Below, piece by piece: positions 51,294 to 64,000 of a stretch of DNA of 64,000 nucleotides. The notes below the pieces were generated by a model. That model was not told the origin of the DNA. It made no database searches and was given only the letters and a program-made list of their open reading frames with translations. The position numbers and the translations under genes are program-made. Each line of letters opens with the position of its first letter. Within the stretch, counting starts at the first letter, position 1. The DNA is from Guillardia theta CCMP2712 (lineage: Eukaryota > Protista > Cryptophyta): assembly GCF_000315625.1 (NCBI RefSeq), contig NW_005434652.1:762833-826832 (forward strand). Direction: 5' to 3'.

Positions 51294-52705
51294 ATGGTGC
51301 GGCGAGTGCTTGTGATCATAGCAGCGATGATGGCAGGAAAGGGAGCGGAAGCCTTCGCTTTAACCCAGCCGCATCTTTCTCATCTTACAGTCTCTCAGCC
51401 TTCTCCCCAAAGCTTCTCGAAGGTGAGGAGACCTGACCTGATCTTGAACCCTTTTGCCCTCTGTTTGCGCTTTCATAAAGGGTCATGGAATATGCCTGGG
51501 CAGTCCAGTAGATTTGTTAGCAAACTACCGAATTCTTGTGCGGTTGTTTTACCCCTCCAAAGATTGACTGTGTTAGGATGGAATGGGTTGTTTTCTTCGT
51601 GTGTACATTGACTGTGTCGTTGATTTGATCAGGTGTGGAGGCCGCTGGTGCTGCGGAGCGCAAAGAGATCACTCCTCGCATTGAAGGATACAGACTCGAT
51701 TGTTTCTCCTTTTGATCCATCTGTAGATGTGAGAATGTTTGCAATATCTTGCGGGAAAGATATGTGAAACTATTTTTGTAGCCACTTCTTCCAAAAGAGA
51801 CTGAAGAAAGCCCTACTGACTTGGATGTAACCGAATGTTGCGTGCCAAGTCCATGTACCTGACGTCTAGCTCCACATAGGGTCCTTTGCCTCTCACATGG
51901 GAAAATGTTGAGAAAGTGTTGGACACTATGCGACCCTACTTGATGAGTGATGGGGGCAACGTGAAGATCGCGGACATCGATGGCGGGGTAAATGAATTTC
52001 TGCTTCATTGGATTTATGCCTTGCGAATTAGTCGCATGCAGAAGCTCTGACGGTTGATTTATTCATAGATTGTACGTTTGAAACTTGAAGGTGCCTGCGG
52101 TACTTGTCCTTCATCTACCATGACAATGAAGGTATTCGCCAAAAACCACCTTTCATATTCTGTTGAAATTCAGTTCAGATGGGTTTAGAACGCGGTCTGC
52201 GTGAGAAGATTCCAGAGATTGTGGATGTTGTGCAGGTTGATATCCGCTTTCCTACCTTGAGACCATTTCAGTCGGTTTTGATTTGCAACTGTATTCAGGA
52301 TCTTGGTGACGGGGGCCCAGAACTATCTCCTGATTCAGTAGAAAAAGTCCTGGATACGGTTCGAAGTACGAGAGTGATTGAGCCAATGACTGACGTGTCT
52401 TGATCCACAAGGTGCGCCCATTCTTGAAGGTCGCAGGAGGCTCGATAGAGTTGTTCGATTTGCGTGGTGTAGGTGGAATGCAGCCGGTATTGTAGTCGTT
52501 TCGAGTTTTCACAACATTGACCACCGTGAAAGGTAATCATTCTCAAGATGACCGGAACCAGCGCAGCTCTACGAAGCGTCAAAAATGAAATTGTGCAGAG
52601 ACTACAGGTTGAATCTTTGCTAACAATCATCAGCTCCGTTTCTGATCCTTTCCTTGGTAGCGCAATTTCATGCTTGCCGGCTTGAGAATTGAATGGACCG
52701 ATTAA
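51294..52705 (+). CDS. NFU: Plastid-targeted NFU (NifU-C) Fe-S cluster protein with tandem NFU domains
   Basis: Bipartite leader [21 protein letters not shown]; [42 protein letters not shown]; second degenerate domain [14 protein letters not shown]. Confidence 0.9.
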
Positions 52706-53059
52706 AAGCAACCCATGTTCGCACCCTTGTGTTTTTAATGATCGCTGTCGGCAGCTTGAGGAATATTAAATGAAAGAACTCTTCGACGGCTCTTGTGCCT
52801 GTGCCGCCACGGCCTGCCCATGCAGAAGAGGCTGCCCACGGCCTGACTGCCGTGGCCCAAGCTGTGAGCTGCAGTGCACAGCGGCACGGCCCGGCGCAGC
52901 AGGCCGGCGCCCTTGGGCCGGCGCATGACTGCCGGGCCCGCACTGCCGTCCGACACTACCGTACGGTACTGGCCGTCGGCCATACCGTCAGCATTCCGCA
53001 GAGTCCGTGCCGGGGTTGGGCATGAGCGGGGATGAGAAATTTCTGGAAATTCTCGTTCG

Positions 53060-54925
53060 ATGCCAGGTCGCATGATTCAGTCGCTCAATCGTGGGCGACA
53101 GTTATGGAGGAGAGCGACGGGATGGGCGAGCAACATGGCAAGCAAGACAGAAGAACTTCGTTCCAGACCTCTTCTTTTCAGCGAAGGTAGAGTGTCGAGG
53201 TTGCACGCAAGTAGGAGGTGGTTCGCGGGAATGAATTTCTCGATGGCTGTATCCGCAAAGAAAACGAACGTGGGAATGTTTGTAGCTTCTGGTCTTGGAG
53301 CTCTCTCATTGGGTGTTTTTTTTGTTGAAAATGCACACATGGAAGGTTATCGCAAAGGGCATATGTTAAATGCAGATGAAACCAAAAAAGCCATACAGGA
53401 GAGACTGTCAAGAATCAGTCCTGTATTAGATGGCGCTGTTCTACCCTGGCAATGTAAATCTTTGGCCAATTCAACTAAGGTGAGCTTCAAAATAAATCCG
53501 GGTTGTGACCAGTTCTTTATACTGATGACGTCGGTGTTTGAAATGTCTGCCAGTAAACGGACGAGCGATGCAAAGCAATCTGTTGAAGGTGGAATGAGGG
53601 CCTGGGATGACGAGAAAACCTCGTCAGGCTTTGAGGTTTCGCTGCTTTGTACACACGATCGAAAAGCTACTATCAGAGTTGTTATTCCTTGGAAGAACGC
53701 TGAGCTTCCCGAGGTTGAGATAGAGATGGAAGGAGGAGGATTTACTCGAGAGGAAGCTTTTGCAGTTGGAAGAATGATACACATGGGGAACCTGTCTCCG
53801 ATGCAGAATGAGTTGATGGTTATGAAGGACATGATGACCCCCTTTGGGCCTGCGGTCCCATGGCCCAAGGCACAAGACCATTTGACTTCCAACCACAGTG
53901 GAAATTCAGTCGAATCGATCATATCACAGATGGAGGAAATGGGAGCTCAAGTCTTCCACTCTCAGAAAGGGAGATGTGCAAACATCTCATGGGACTACTT
54001 ATCGGGGATAGATGATATCAAACAAGAAGTCGAAGATACCATCATGCTGCTCATGCTGCATCCTGAAAAGTATGCCAGAGTGATCTCGGGAACCCGTGCA
54101 GATTCGTCGGAGAACAACCGCCCGAAGGCAGTGCTCTTTGAAGGTCCACCAGGCTGCGGAAAGACAACCATGTGCGTCTCTTGAAAGAGTTTTCGGTCTT
54201 CACTGATTGTCGGAGGGAGCAGGGCGAGAATGATAGCAAACAAAGCTGACATCCCTATGATCTACCTGCCGCTCGAAGCTGTTGTGTCCAAGTGGTATGG
54301 GGAAGCAGAGAAGAGGCTCTCATCGGTGATAGTCATCTTTCTGAGGCTCTGTTGCTGAGAAGTAGACAGATCATGGACCTGACGGGCAAGCTGGCTGATC
54401 TAGATCGGAACAAAGGAGCACTTCTGTTCCTGGATGAAATCGAAGCACTAGCTGTTTCTAGAGATGGTGAAATCCATGAAGCATCGAGACGAATGCTCTC
54501 CGTCCTCCTCAGAACGTACCTGTGTTTGCTGATTGAAATGTTGTAACCTGTCTTGCCTCTGCAGGATCGATGGCTTTCAGACTAAGGACGGCCTGATTGT
54601 GATAGGAGCGACAAATCGAGTGGGTGACATCGACAGCGCACTGCGCAGCCGTTTTGACGTAAGCATCAAATTCGATCTCCCGGATGAGCAGAGTCGCAAG
54701 CAGATCGTTGCAAGAATGACCAGACATCTAAGTGGTCTGGAGCAGCAGAAGCTTGCTCAGCGAATGGCTGGTTTCTCAGGCAGAAATATTCGTGACGTTT
54801 GCGAACAAGCAGAACGCAGATGGGCAGCGAAGATCATTCGGGGAAAAGCTCCTGAAGATCAGCTACCGCCTATGGAAGAGTATATTTCTGCCATTCAATC
54901 ACGCATCAACTCTGGTCTGCAGTGA
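53060..54925 (+). CDS. AAA+ ATPase (single AAA domain), probably mitochondrial, multi-exon
   Basis: Walker A GPPGCGKT, SKWYGE pore loop, Walker B LLFLDE, IGATNR..DSALRSRFD, GFSGRNIRDVCEQAERRW; Arg-rich N-terminus plus a hydrophobic segment. Confidence 0.9.
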
Positions 54926-55011
54926 AGTTTGCTATCATCGTGCACTTTTGTCAAAAAGGATTAATCCTTTTACACGCCAAACTAATTCGCACTTCAAAAG
55001 TTTCTCGTTGC

Positions 55012-58000
55012 TTAGAATACCGGTGATCCGTAATCTCTGAGGGATTCACCATCTGCAAAGTAATGTTAGAGCCTGTATAAGTTTGGGAAGATTTCACATT
55101 CAACAGCTCGCAGCTGTACTTCCAGTTGTGCCAGACGGTCTTTAGGCACCTGCGGAAGCATTTTCAACGATCGTCACGTCAAAATGGATCAAACACGTGC
55201 CTTCGATTGCGATTCTCCTGTACTTCCCTTGTCTTGATTTACAGGGCGCTTGAGTCCATCAAGCAGGAAGGATTGTCTCAGATCGGCTGCACTGCTCAAT
55301 TCTTTGTTTGATCCGAGAGAAGTTAACGAACTTCGAAAGCTTGGTTTGTTCGTCAGTGCAGGACTGAATCTGTCATTGGAAATAGACGGCGATTTGCTGC
55401 CCTGTTTGCCTTGAAGAGCATTTCGAATCGACGCTAGACATCGATTCACGATCGCAACGGCAAGCTCAACTAAAACAACTCAGAACTTTTGAGATAGAAA
55501 AGCAGGGGATACCTGAAGCATCTGATCTTGTAATTTCTTTTTTCAGAATCTCCTGCAGATTATCCCATTCGTCTCCACCACACACCGAGGGAAGACAGCG
55601 GGCGCTGTTGAGAGCCTGAAATGATGTCAACGGCTTGCCAATCAAGCTGGAGATGATTTACCTGTTCCATGTATTTGCAAGCCCTGTCGATTCTTCCCTC
55701 CTTGGAGGTCAAGATAGTGGTAGCATTTGAGAGCAAGGCAATGATCTCTTTCTCTGATGAAATCAACAGTGAATTTCTCTTCCTCTCCAATTGATTCGAT
55801 GGAGAAATTGAACGCGCTGCTGTGTAGCTGGGAACACTTGTCGCAAATAGATTAGCAGCAGAATATGTTATGTCCGATCCTCTTGCCGACGTCAAAGAGG
55901 AGTACAATGGTGTGTCCGAGGAACTACCGAGTACTTCTTCTTTGCCATTTGTAGAATCATAAATGTAGCCAAATCTCTGTTTGCTGTCAACAGAGGAGTA
56001 AAGATTTGGATTTGAGCTTCGGACATCTAAACCGAAAGGGTTACTGACAGTCAACTGCTGTTTAGATTTACGGAGAAAGCTAGTGGTAGGATCCCCTAAT
56101 CCCGAGACATTTCGACGAAACGCAACATCTCCTTTTGAAGGAGGCGACTTGTCATCTGGATTGAGGTGTCAATGGACGAAGCTTTTCATTGTCACAAAAC
56201 TTCCAACCATTTCCTGATGGAGCCCTTGGAGGTTTCCATGAAGCCTGTGTGAAGCCACATCAAAGGAAATGGTTACATTTCAAACTCCTTAAAATTTTCT
56301 TACTCCATTGGAGGACCACAGATTCAATTTCTCGCTATCTTCAGCAATGATGAAGGGCTCCTGAAAAGCAGTCAGGCACACTTCTTCAAGCTCATCACAT
56401 ACGTCTTGTTCGAGATTTCCAACAATTGCCAAACCGTCGAAAATTTTGAAAGTCAAATTGGATGGAACTGTATGACCCGCTGCCTGTAAAGACTTCGAAC
56501 CATCCAGAGCCTCCTTCAGATACTTCCTAGCCTGGTCACAATGGCAGTGAGCGAGTTTCAGTGTTTTCGAGGTCAGAGTTGAAACCTGTTGGTATCTTCC
56601 TCGTTTCAGCAGGTCTGTTCCAGTGGATGCAAGAGCTTCTATCACCTTGACATCTGTTGTGGTAAGCGGAGGGGGTTCGTCTTGATAGCGTGTTCTTAAT
56701 GAACTCTGTTGCATTGCAATCAGTTGCGTCAGGATTTGTCCTCACAGATCTCTTACCTTTTCACCTAAACTTAGAAGCTTTTCGCCTTTTTGCACCGAAA
56801 ACAGTGGATTCAACATCAATTCGACAACTCTTGGACAGACCTGCTCCTGGCAGACTCATTGACGAAGTTGTGCTGTAGGCACCAGCTGAAGCAAAGATTG
56901 AGGGCATGAATTGAGGCGATAATGCCGATTGCAAGGGACTTGTTCCGGTTGCATGTACTGGGTCTGAAAACGCTGGCAAGGATGCATAAAGCGGATCAGA
57001 AGACCTCTGCCCTGGAGATTTGCTTTGAATCCTGCTGGGCGATGGTAAGAGACCATCAGTAACTGCATCGTAGTTCCAGGATCCAGTGAGGCTAGATTCA
57101 GGAAGATTCGATTTGCTGCGCTCGTTGTTGAGCAAGTAGGCAGACATTTCTCTCTCATCAGCTATATCATTTCTGTCAAGAACTGCCCATCTTGACGGAA
57201 TTTCTGGTTTGCTAGGAGAAATCTGACAAATGATAGTCACTGAAGCAGTCAGAATTTTCATAGTCTTTCTTTGCCCCCCCAAAAGTCCAAGCTGACCTCT
57301 GTGGAAAGCGACCCTCTTGGAGAACAAATTGTCGAAATCTTGACAGTGTCCTGAATGATCTGATTTGGTCCAGGAGGACCGCGAAGTATAGCACGACAGG
57401 CCTTCTTGGTTGTTATAGCCGCTCGCAGTGCACTTGATGGATCAGAAACCTTTTCCAGCACAACTCAGAATATCATTCTTTCAACCAAGAGATGAAGACA
57501 ATACCTGAGCTGCCAATTCATATGCAAGCACTTTTGGCGTTCGATTATCTCTCATGGTGTCAGAATCCCTGAAAACATTGTCAAAAAGAGAACTCCAACA
57601 AGCAGTTTACCCTTGGGCTGGCATTAGGCAAATTTCGGCAATTATGCTTCCCCGATTCAAGGCAATTATCACCACTCGATGCTCATCAGTATTGAGAGCT
57701 GACACAATATCCTGTTTTGCATTTGAGAAAATGTAAATTGAAAATATCAGATAAACTTTCACATTTCACCTTTTTCAATTGGTTCTGAAAAGCAGATTTA
57801 CGAGCTACAGTGGATAGAAACTGATCATATTCCAAGTCTAATGTCAAGCTCACAAGCTCTGGCGATACAGATTGCATGTTTTCAGCCATTGAATCATTCA
57901 AAGAATGTTCCGTTCGCTTGCTTTCAAAGTCCAGAATATCTAATTCTTTTTGCGATACTTCCAATTCAGTATGATGTGATTTACGGATTGCTGCAGTTGC

Positions 58001-59982
58001 GCTTTGTGACCCCAACCTGATGTCATCTAAAGCCGATGGTAGCATAGCAAGTGCTGCTTCGGTCAATTCTTCGTCTGTAGGAGCTCTTTTTGATCTGTCA
58101 TCTACCGGCATCTTGACTTGGACCTCTACGTCTCCAGCTTCCTTGAATGATCTGCCGTTTGAAACGCTCATCATGTCCTGAATTTCCTTTTCCTTCTGTT
58201 CCAATGCCATCTGCTTCTGCAACAGCTCACTCTGCTGCTTTTCAAGGTCAGCTGCGATCTTCATTTGCTCTGCAAAGAGGTGCTCTTGCTGCAGACGCTT
58301 TTCTTCCAATTCTCTTTCCTGCTGTACCTTCCATGCCACAAATGATGCCTTTTCATCCTCACTGATGCCAATTTTCTTCTGTTCGTCCATCGATACGCTT
58401 GGTGCAACACTTTCGGTATTGTTTGAGACAGATGGTTCACTCTGTGCAACATCATTGGGAAATGTGCTCGGCGAAATTGGAGAGGGCGCCCGGTAGACTG
58501 CAGAAGGTGCAAAGGGATTGATGGGCGGCGAAGTTGGAATCGAACTCTGTAAAACCTTGACAGAGTTTGGTGCAGGCACGGCCGACTGCAGGCTGGGAGA
58601 CGATATACTTCCGCTTTTTGGAGTGGAGGATTCGGATATTGGAGGAAGTGAATTACCCTACAAAATTTTTGAATAAAGAGATGCTCCCAGAAAACAAACT
58701 TTGTTACCTGAGCAGTCACAGGTTTCTGCTTCATGTATCCTGGTGGATTCACGGAAGTGGTTTCCGTCATCTTCTCAAGATAATATGATGCTCTCAGTTC
58801 TTCTTGAGAAAAATTGCTGTATTCTGGAATCGCAGTGATCGTCCTCAATGACTCCTTCGAGCGCTTTCCCTTTTTGTTATCGATGCTGTTCAAGAATCAA
58901 ACTCACATTTAGCCGTCGACACATGACCGTCTACCTTCTTGCAGAATGTCTTTCGCTTTCAGAGACAGCATCGCCGATACCTGAGATATCAGCCCTGTAG
59001 AAATCTATATTTCAGAAACTTACTTGACTTAGGCGAGGAACTCCATGGTGCTTTGACTGAGTTTGAATTGATGGTCGAATGCTCAGCAACAGCAGAGAAT
59101 GTCGATATTTTTCCGGAAGAAACGACAGGAATCTCTGTTGGCACGGGAGCTGTTTTTTCTGAACGGGTTTGAGTATTCTAGTCATTCCAAAAGTACCATT
59201 TACAAACAGATCACTACCTTCGCCGACTTGATGTGATCCTATCTTCCCATATTCAGAAGTAGTGATTGGCTGGGATGTCACCTATGTATACAAGGAACAT
59301 GTTACTGCTACGGATTGCGCCGAACGGATCAAAAGTTTACCTCTAGCGAATCTGATCTTTGGGAGATCGCGATGGCTCTTGTAAGGGCAAACTGAACCTG
59401 GAATCACTCTTCAGAAAGACATAATATGAGAATCAGACATCTCTACAATTTGGCCGTCTCTTAAAACTTCAAGCTCCACTCTTGTTCCTTTGGGTCCTTT
59501 CAAGCGGGAAACTACCATTTCAAGGGACAAGCCTGAATGATCATCACGGGAAATTGAGTCCATAGCTATGAAAAATGAAGTACCGAGTATCGGATTGCCG
59601 TCGATTGATTTGATGATCTGGCGCCATTGTAAGAGACGGGCACTTGTAGAGAATCTACGAAAATGTGAACACTTACGTCTCCGACTGCAACAAGACCGCT
59701 TGTCTGTGCAGGACCGCCGTTAAAGAGGTGCATGATTTCCATGTTCTGTGGGTTGGATCTTGATGGTTGAAGTACAATACCGATACCTCCCAACTCTTGG
59801 CTTTCGCTCGTCTGAATTGTAGGTGCAATGCTCGGGGTATTCATACTCCTTACATCCAGAGAATTCGGTGTCGGGACCGGACTCCGATTTGTCATTGTAG
59901 TTGGTTCAACTGGAGAACCTTTTGCAGGAGACTGTTGGCCTTCTTTCGAAAGCGAATTCTTCTTCCTGAAAATACTCAACAT
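55012..59982 (-). CDS. PDZ-domain protein with GLEBS-like motif, coiled coil and TPR-like helices, multi-exon
   Basis: PDZ: GGIGIVL..GGPAQTSGLVAVGD-IIKSIDG..LKGPKGTRVELEV; TITAIPEYSNFSQEELRASYY; ALASTGTDLLKRGRYQ(Q)ARKYLKEAL. 3' end inferred. Confidence 0.6.
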
Positions 59983-60618
59983 GATGTCGAATTCAAACCA
60001 AAAGGTGAGATTCCAGTAGTATCAAATGACCGAGAGAAACAGAGAATTGAATCAATCAAGATCCGTTGGAATGCTGTGAAGCTGCTCTACAAGTCTCGAT
60101 GCGAGGGCGTCAGCGCTCAAATTTGCCAGTAGGCGCTCTTAATTGGATCACTGACCATTTTGCCGCTGCTCTGGGCTCACTTAGGGGCCAGAGCTAGTGG
60201 GGTACTTTAGTTAGGGGTGGGATTACAAAGAGTGTGCGGCAAGGGGGTGGTATTCCATGATGTGTTGAGAGACCCGGAGGGGTGGGGTCCCCTGCTGCTC
60301 CGTCGCCGGTGCATTTATTGCCTCCTCATACAGCGCGGGAGGGTGGGTGGTGGCACGAAGATGCTGAGGGTAGGGTGTAACGGTCTTGAGGGTAGGGTGC
60401 AGTAGTAGCTCAGAGGCGGGCTTGATTGAAATCGCCCCGTTGAAAGTCTTCAACTCTGAGGCGGAGTTGGGTTGTAACGGTTTTTGACGGCTGAGAGGAG
60501 CGTCAGTTGGACCTTATCCTCTGACAACGTATGCGAACAGACATGGGCAGCGGCGGGAGGCCGAGAGGATGAGAGGGAAGAGAGATCTTCGATTGGTTGG
60601 TCCCATAGTCCTTCTCTG

Positions 60619-63600
60619 ATGCCTCTCCATATGCCTCTGCTCCTCGTCCTAGCCGCACTCGTCTTGACGCTCGCTGGTGCCATTGAGAACAAATCCAACA
60701 TTGAGGTTTGCCTTCCAAACTTCTTCAAGTTGAATGCTTCTTGCACAGCATGCCCAGCAGGTTCGTTTTCGGATGGAACTGCCACATTTTGTTACAAATG
60801 TTGCAATGAGGGTAGTTGCCAAGGCGTTGATTTGTATGCAGCATACACCTATAATATATCTTCAAATTGTACCGCTCCTAACACTCCCGCTCTTCAATCT
60901 AGGGGAGGGGTTCCTTTTGGATCATCAAGCTTAGAGAGATATTGTACTTCTGTTGAAAGTGGCATAGGTAGTGTGGCGATGCCATCTAGCAACAATGAGA
61001 TCAATCATTGCTGGTCAACGGTCAACGATGGTGTTTATGGATTGAACAGTTCTTGGATTCCAAACTCAGATCCTTCGTTTGTGGGGATCTCAAGCACTTC
61101 TCGAGCCAGAGGACAGCTCGACTCCCTCCTAGTTACAGAGTATAGGAGGGGAAGGCGGAAGGTAAAAAATCCTTCAAGCCAAACAAAGCAGGACCAACCA
61201 AAACCTCCAGGCACACAGCGCACAGTGAGAAGCANNNNNNNNNNNNNNNNNNNNNNNNNNNNNNNNNNNNNNNNNNNNNNNNNNNNNNNNNNNNNNNNNN
61301 NNNNNNNNNNNNNNNNNNNNNNNNNNNNNNNNNNGAGAGTGAAAATATGGGGAATGAGAGTTCTGACGGAGCCTTATACGCACTGGAGTATGTGCCAGCC
61401 AGTACAACCAAAAACTTCTCGGAGAATTTTGTCGATGGATGGATATCTTTGGGAACGTTTTCCGGAAACGCTGCATACAGGTCTGTTTATGCCCTTGAAG
61501 GATCTATCATTGCCAGTGCAATAAGAATTTTGACAAACCAGAGCAACGGACTTGCCATCAGCGAAATCGAAGTTTATTCTGACACAGAGGTTCCTCCTGC
61601 AGACATTTGTTCCGGGGTAATGACTGAATTTGGAACGAATGCAAATTGTTCTGTGGATTGTGGACCTACAGCTTATTATGATTATTCTCAAACAGCGTGT
61701 ACCTCTTGCCCAACGCTAACAGTGCCTCATCGTGGAGGTTGCGGTTGTGTAGTTGGATATTTCTCTCCCAAGCCTTTGGAAGAGATTTGTGTCAGCTGCC
61801 CTTATATGCAGACGACCGCAGACATCGGTGCTAACTCTATTTCTGATTGTGTAGACTACCATGCATTGGTTGCATATAAATTTGAGCAGTTTGAAGATGC
61901 AAGTATTGATAGTTCTGGTTTCGGAAATTCTGCATTAGAGGTTGTTGATGTAACCGTTGCTTCGCCTGGAAGGCGGGGCGACGGAAGGGGCAAATTTTCT
62001 GAAGGAGGGTATATCAAAGTTTCACAGAATCTTGACTTAGGAGCTGTGAGAATGTCGACTGGATTGACGATTTCTTTCTGGTTTGCATTCGATGTGAAAC
62101 TCATTAGTCAATCAAGTTGTTTGATTTCTCTTGGTGATGCATCTTCAAACAATTCTATGCCTAATCTGGTCATATACAGCAATGCCTCAGATAGAAAGAT
62201 GTATTTCATCGTTGAAGGTTCGTCTGAGGACTTCAGTTTCGCCCATCCTTTCCCTGCTGACGATGCATGGCATTACATTGTTTGGTCATTTGAATCTGAT
62301 TTTTCGATTTACCCAAAGGCTTGGCAAATATGGATTGATGGGGTGCAAATTGTTTCATTGACCGATAGAGTACGTTCTGATTTTGTCATCATAGCATCCA
62401 CGCTTGATAGAAACTTCTACATCGGCAAATGTTTCACGCAAAATGGTTCATTTGCTGGAAGCATCGATGAATTCCGTGTTTATAATTTCTCATTCAAGCT
62501 TGGAGATATGCAACGGCATTATTTGCCACTGTATGCACCATCGGACTTTTTGAGGGATTCGTATGATCGTCGTGCTGTTTTGATGGCTTCTGTTGACTTT
62601 CCTGGCCTTCCCAACTACAACTCTGAAAGTTTCATGTACCCTTCTTCTTGGGACGCGATCTTTGCCTCGTTAGTGTTGGTAAAGCATCATATCACAATTG
62701 TGCAAGTTTGTCAGGATTGTGGTATTGAAAATTGGCTTCTCTTTTACAAGCGAATTCGTCCAGTACCGTACAATTGGAGTGTGACGAACGTGTTGTTAAA
62801 AGATTGGACAGATAACATGAATATAATCAATGAAGACTTCTCATTGTTTAGAACTCATCATGACTACGCAAATAACACTAATGCTCTCACTCAAGAACAA
62901 TTTGTTTCTGATTTGACATTAGTGAGTGCGCAAGGATCATGCCAACATCTAAACATTTTGCAAAAAGGGAATCAAAAGGTCTTGTACCTACTCTATGAAT
63001 GCAAAGAATGCGTTCCTCTAATGAGCAGTGCAAACACTTACACAAATTTTATGGCATGCATGATGAATCAATGTCCTCAAGATACAATTGAAATTTCCTG
63101 TCCAGCAGGCTTATATGGTCCACTTTGCCGTGAAACATGTACGAAAAATGAAACATGTTCAGGCAAGGGAGAGTGCCAAGGAGACGGGAGCTGCGCCTGC
63201 GAGGGCGGGTGGGGAGGAGAGCGGTGCAGCATATGTACGGGAGGGTACGGGGAGCAGTGCGAGGTACGGTGCGAGGAGGACAAGGACTGCTCGGGGCACG
63301 GGCGGTGTCAGGAGGACGGGAGCTGCGAGTGCAGGGAAGGATGGTCAGGAAAACATTGCCAAGGATGCGCGGCGCAGTACTACGGGGAGGAGTGCAAGGC
63401 GTACTGCGAGGAGGGTGAGACCTGCTCGGGACACGGGACATGCCAAGGAGACGGGAGCTGCGCCTGCGAGGGCGGGTGGGGAGGAGAGCGGTGCAGCATG
63501 TGCACGGGAGGGTACGGGGAGCAGTGCGAGGTACGGTGCGAGGAGGACAAGGACTGCTCGGGGCACGGGCGGTGTCAGGAGGACGGGAGCTGCGAGTGCA

Positions 63601-64000
63601 GGGAGGGGTAGTCAGGAAAACATTGCCAAGGATGCGCTCCAGACTGTATGGGGAGGAGTGCAGAGATCGATGCGATGCCGGAGTCAACTGCTCGGGGCAC
63701 GGGTACTGCGCGGAGAACGGGGGATGTACGTGCTACATGGGGTATGTAGGAGAGGCGTGCGAGACCTGCGGGGAGGGGCTGTACGGGGAGCAGTGCGATG
63801 TACAGTGCTCGCGGGAGACGACGTGCTCGGGACACGGAGTGTGCGGGGCAGGGGGTGTATGCGAGTGCGAGGACGGGTACTCAGGGAGGAACTGCAGCGA
63901 GTGTCCGTCAGGATTGTACGGGGAGGTATGCAGGGAGGGATGTAGCGACGACAGGAACTGCTCGGGGCACGGGCGGTGTCAGGAGGACGGGAGCTGCGAG
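60619..64000 (+). CDS. Secreted/surface protein: signal peptide, Cys-rich segment, discoidin-like domain, LamG/pentraxin domain, tandem EGF repeats; interrupted by a gap, with stop and frameshift in the repeats
   Basis: MPLLLVLAALVLTLAGA; CTACPAGSFS; LAISEIEVY; LTISFWF..WHYIVW..IWIDG..FAGSIDEFRVYN; repeats CSGHGRCQEDGSCECREGWSGKHC; TAG at 63609-63611. Confidence 0.7.
61235..61334. other. Assembly gap (100 N)
   Basis: Run of N. Confidence 1.
63174..63640 (+). repeat. Near-identical coding tandem duplication, period 267 nt (EGF pairs)
   Basis: tgccaaggagacgggagctgcgcc at 63174 and 63441; a further partial copy at ~63957-64000. Confidence 0.85.

Noticed and set aside
63609-63611. TAG as programmed readthrough or a reassigned codon
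   Set aside because: TAG is a normal stop elsewhere (SUN, LysRS) and a frameshift follows, so mutation or assembly error is more likely.
1-64000. Prokaryotic operons, defence systems, tRNA or rRNA genes
   Set aside because: The DNA is intron-rich and eukaryotic; no cloverleaf or rRNA signature was recognised by eye (tRNAscan-SE/Infernal not run).

Overview
Gene-dense eukaryotic nuclear DNA with many ~45-60 nt introns. Intron size, bipartite signal+transit presequences (AEA-F) and RGG-containing leaders suggest a cryptophyte such as Guillardia theta (inference). About 19 protein genes: outer-arm dynein heavy chain (5' part), SUN-domain protein, MPP alpha, a Nudix hydrolase, a 7.7-kb secretory mosaic gene (Canopy/saposin + GCC2/3 + DUF4215 + ~15 copies of an unnamed 4-Cys repeat + EF-hands), a 90-aa orphan, a CAD-type alcohol dehydrogenase, TypA/BipA, DDA1 head-to-head with an LRR + MMS22L-like gene, a SEL1-repeat protein, a lipase maturation factor with an inserted ShKT module, a coiled-coil protein, a cytosolic-type LysRS with a signal peptide, plastid NFU, an AAA ATPase, a PDZ + GLEBS-like protein and a LamG/EGF surface protein with a gap and lesions. 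Structure not explained by the ORF track: a 2.1-kb TIR element (22618-24712) with internal inverted repeats and a BAH-like cargo ORF, an apparently obligatory GA-AG intron in LysRS, and two recurrent classes of upstream islands (strand-oriented TACCCC/CACCCC clusters; GC-rich palindromic islands). Exon structures were worked out by eye and all family calls are by motif recognition, not database search.
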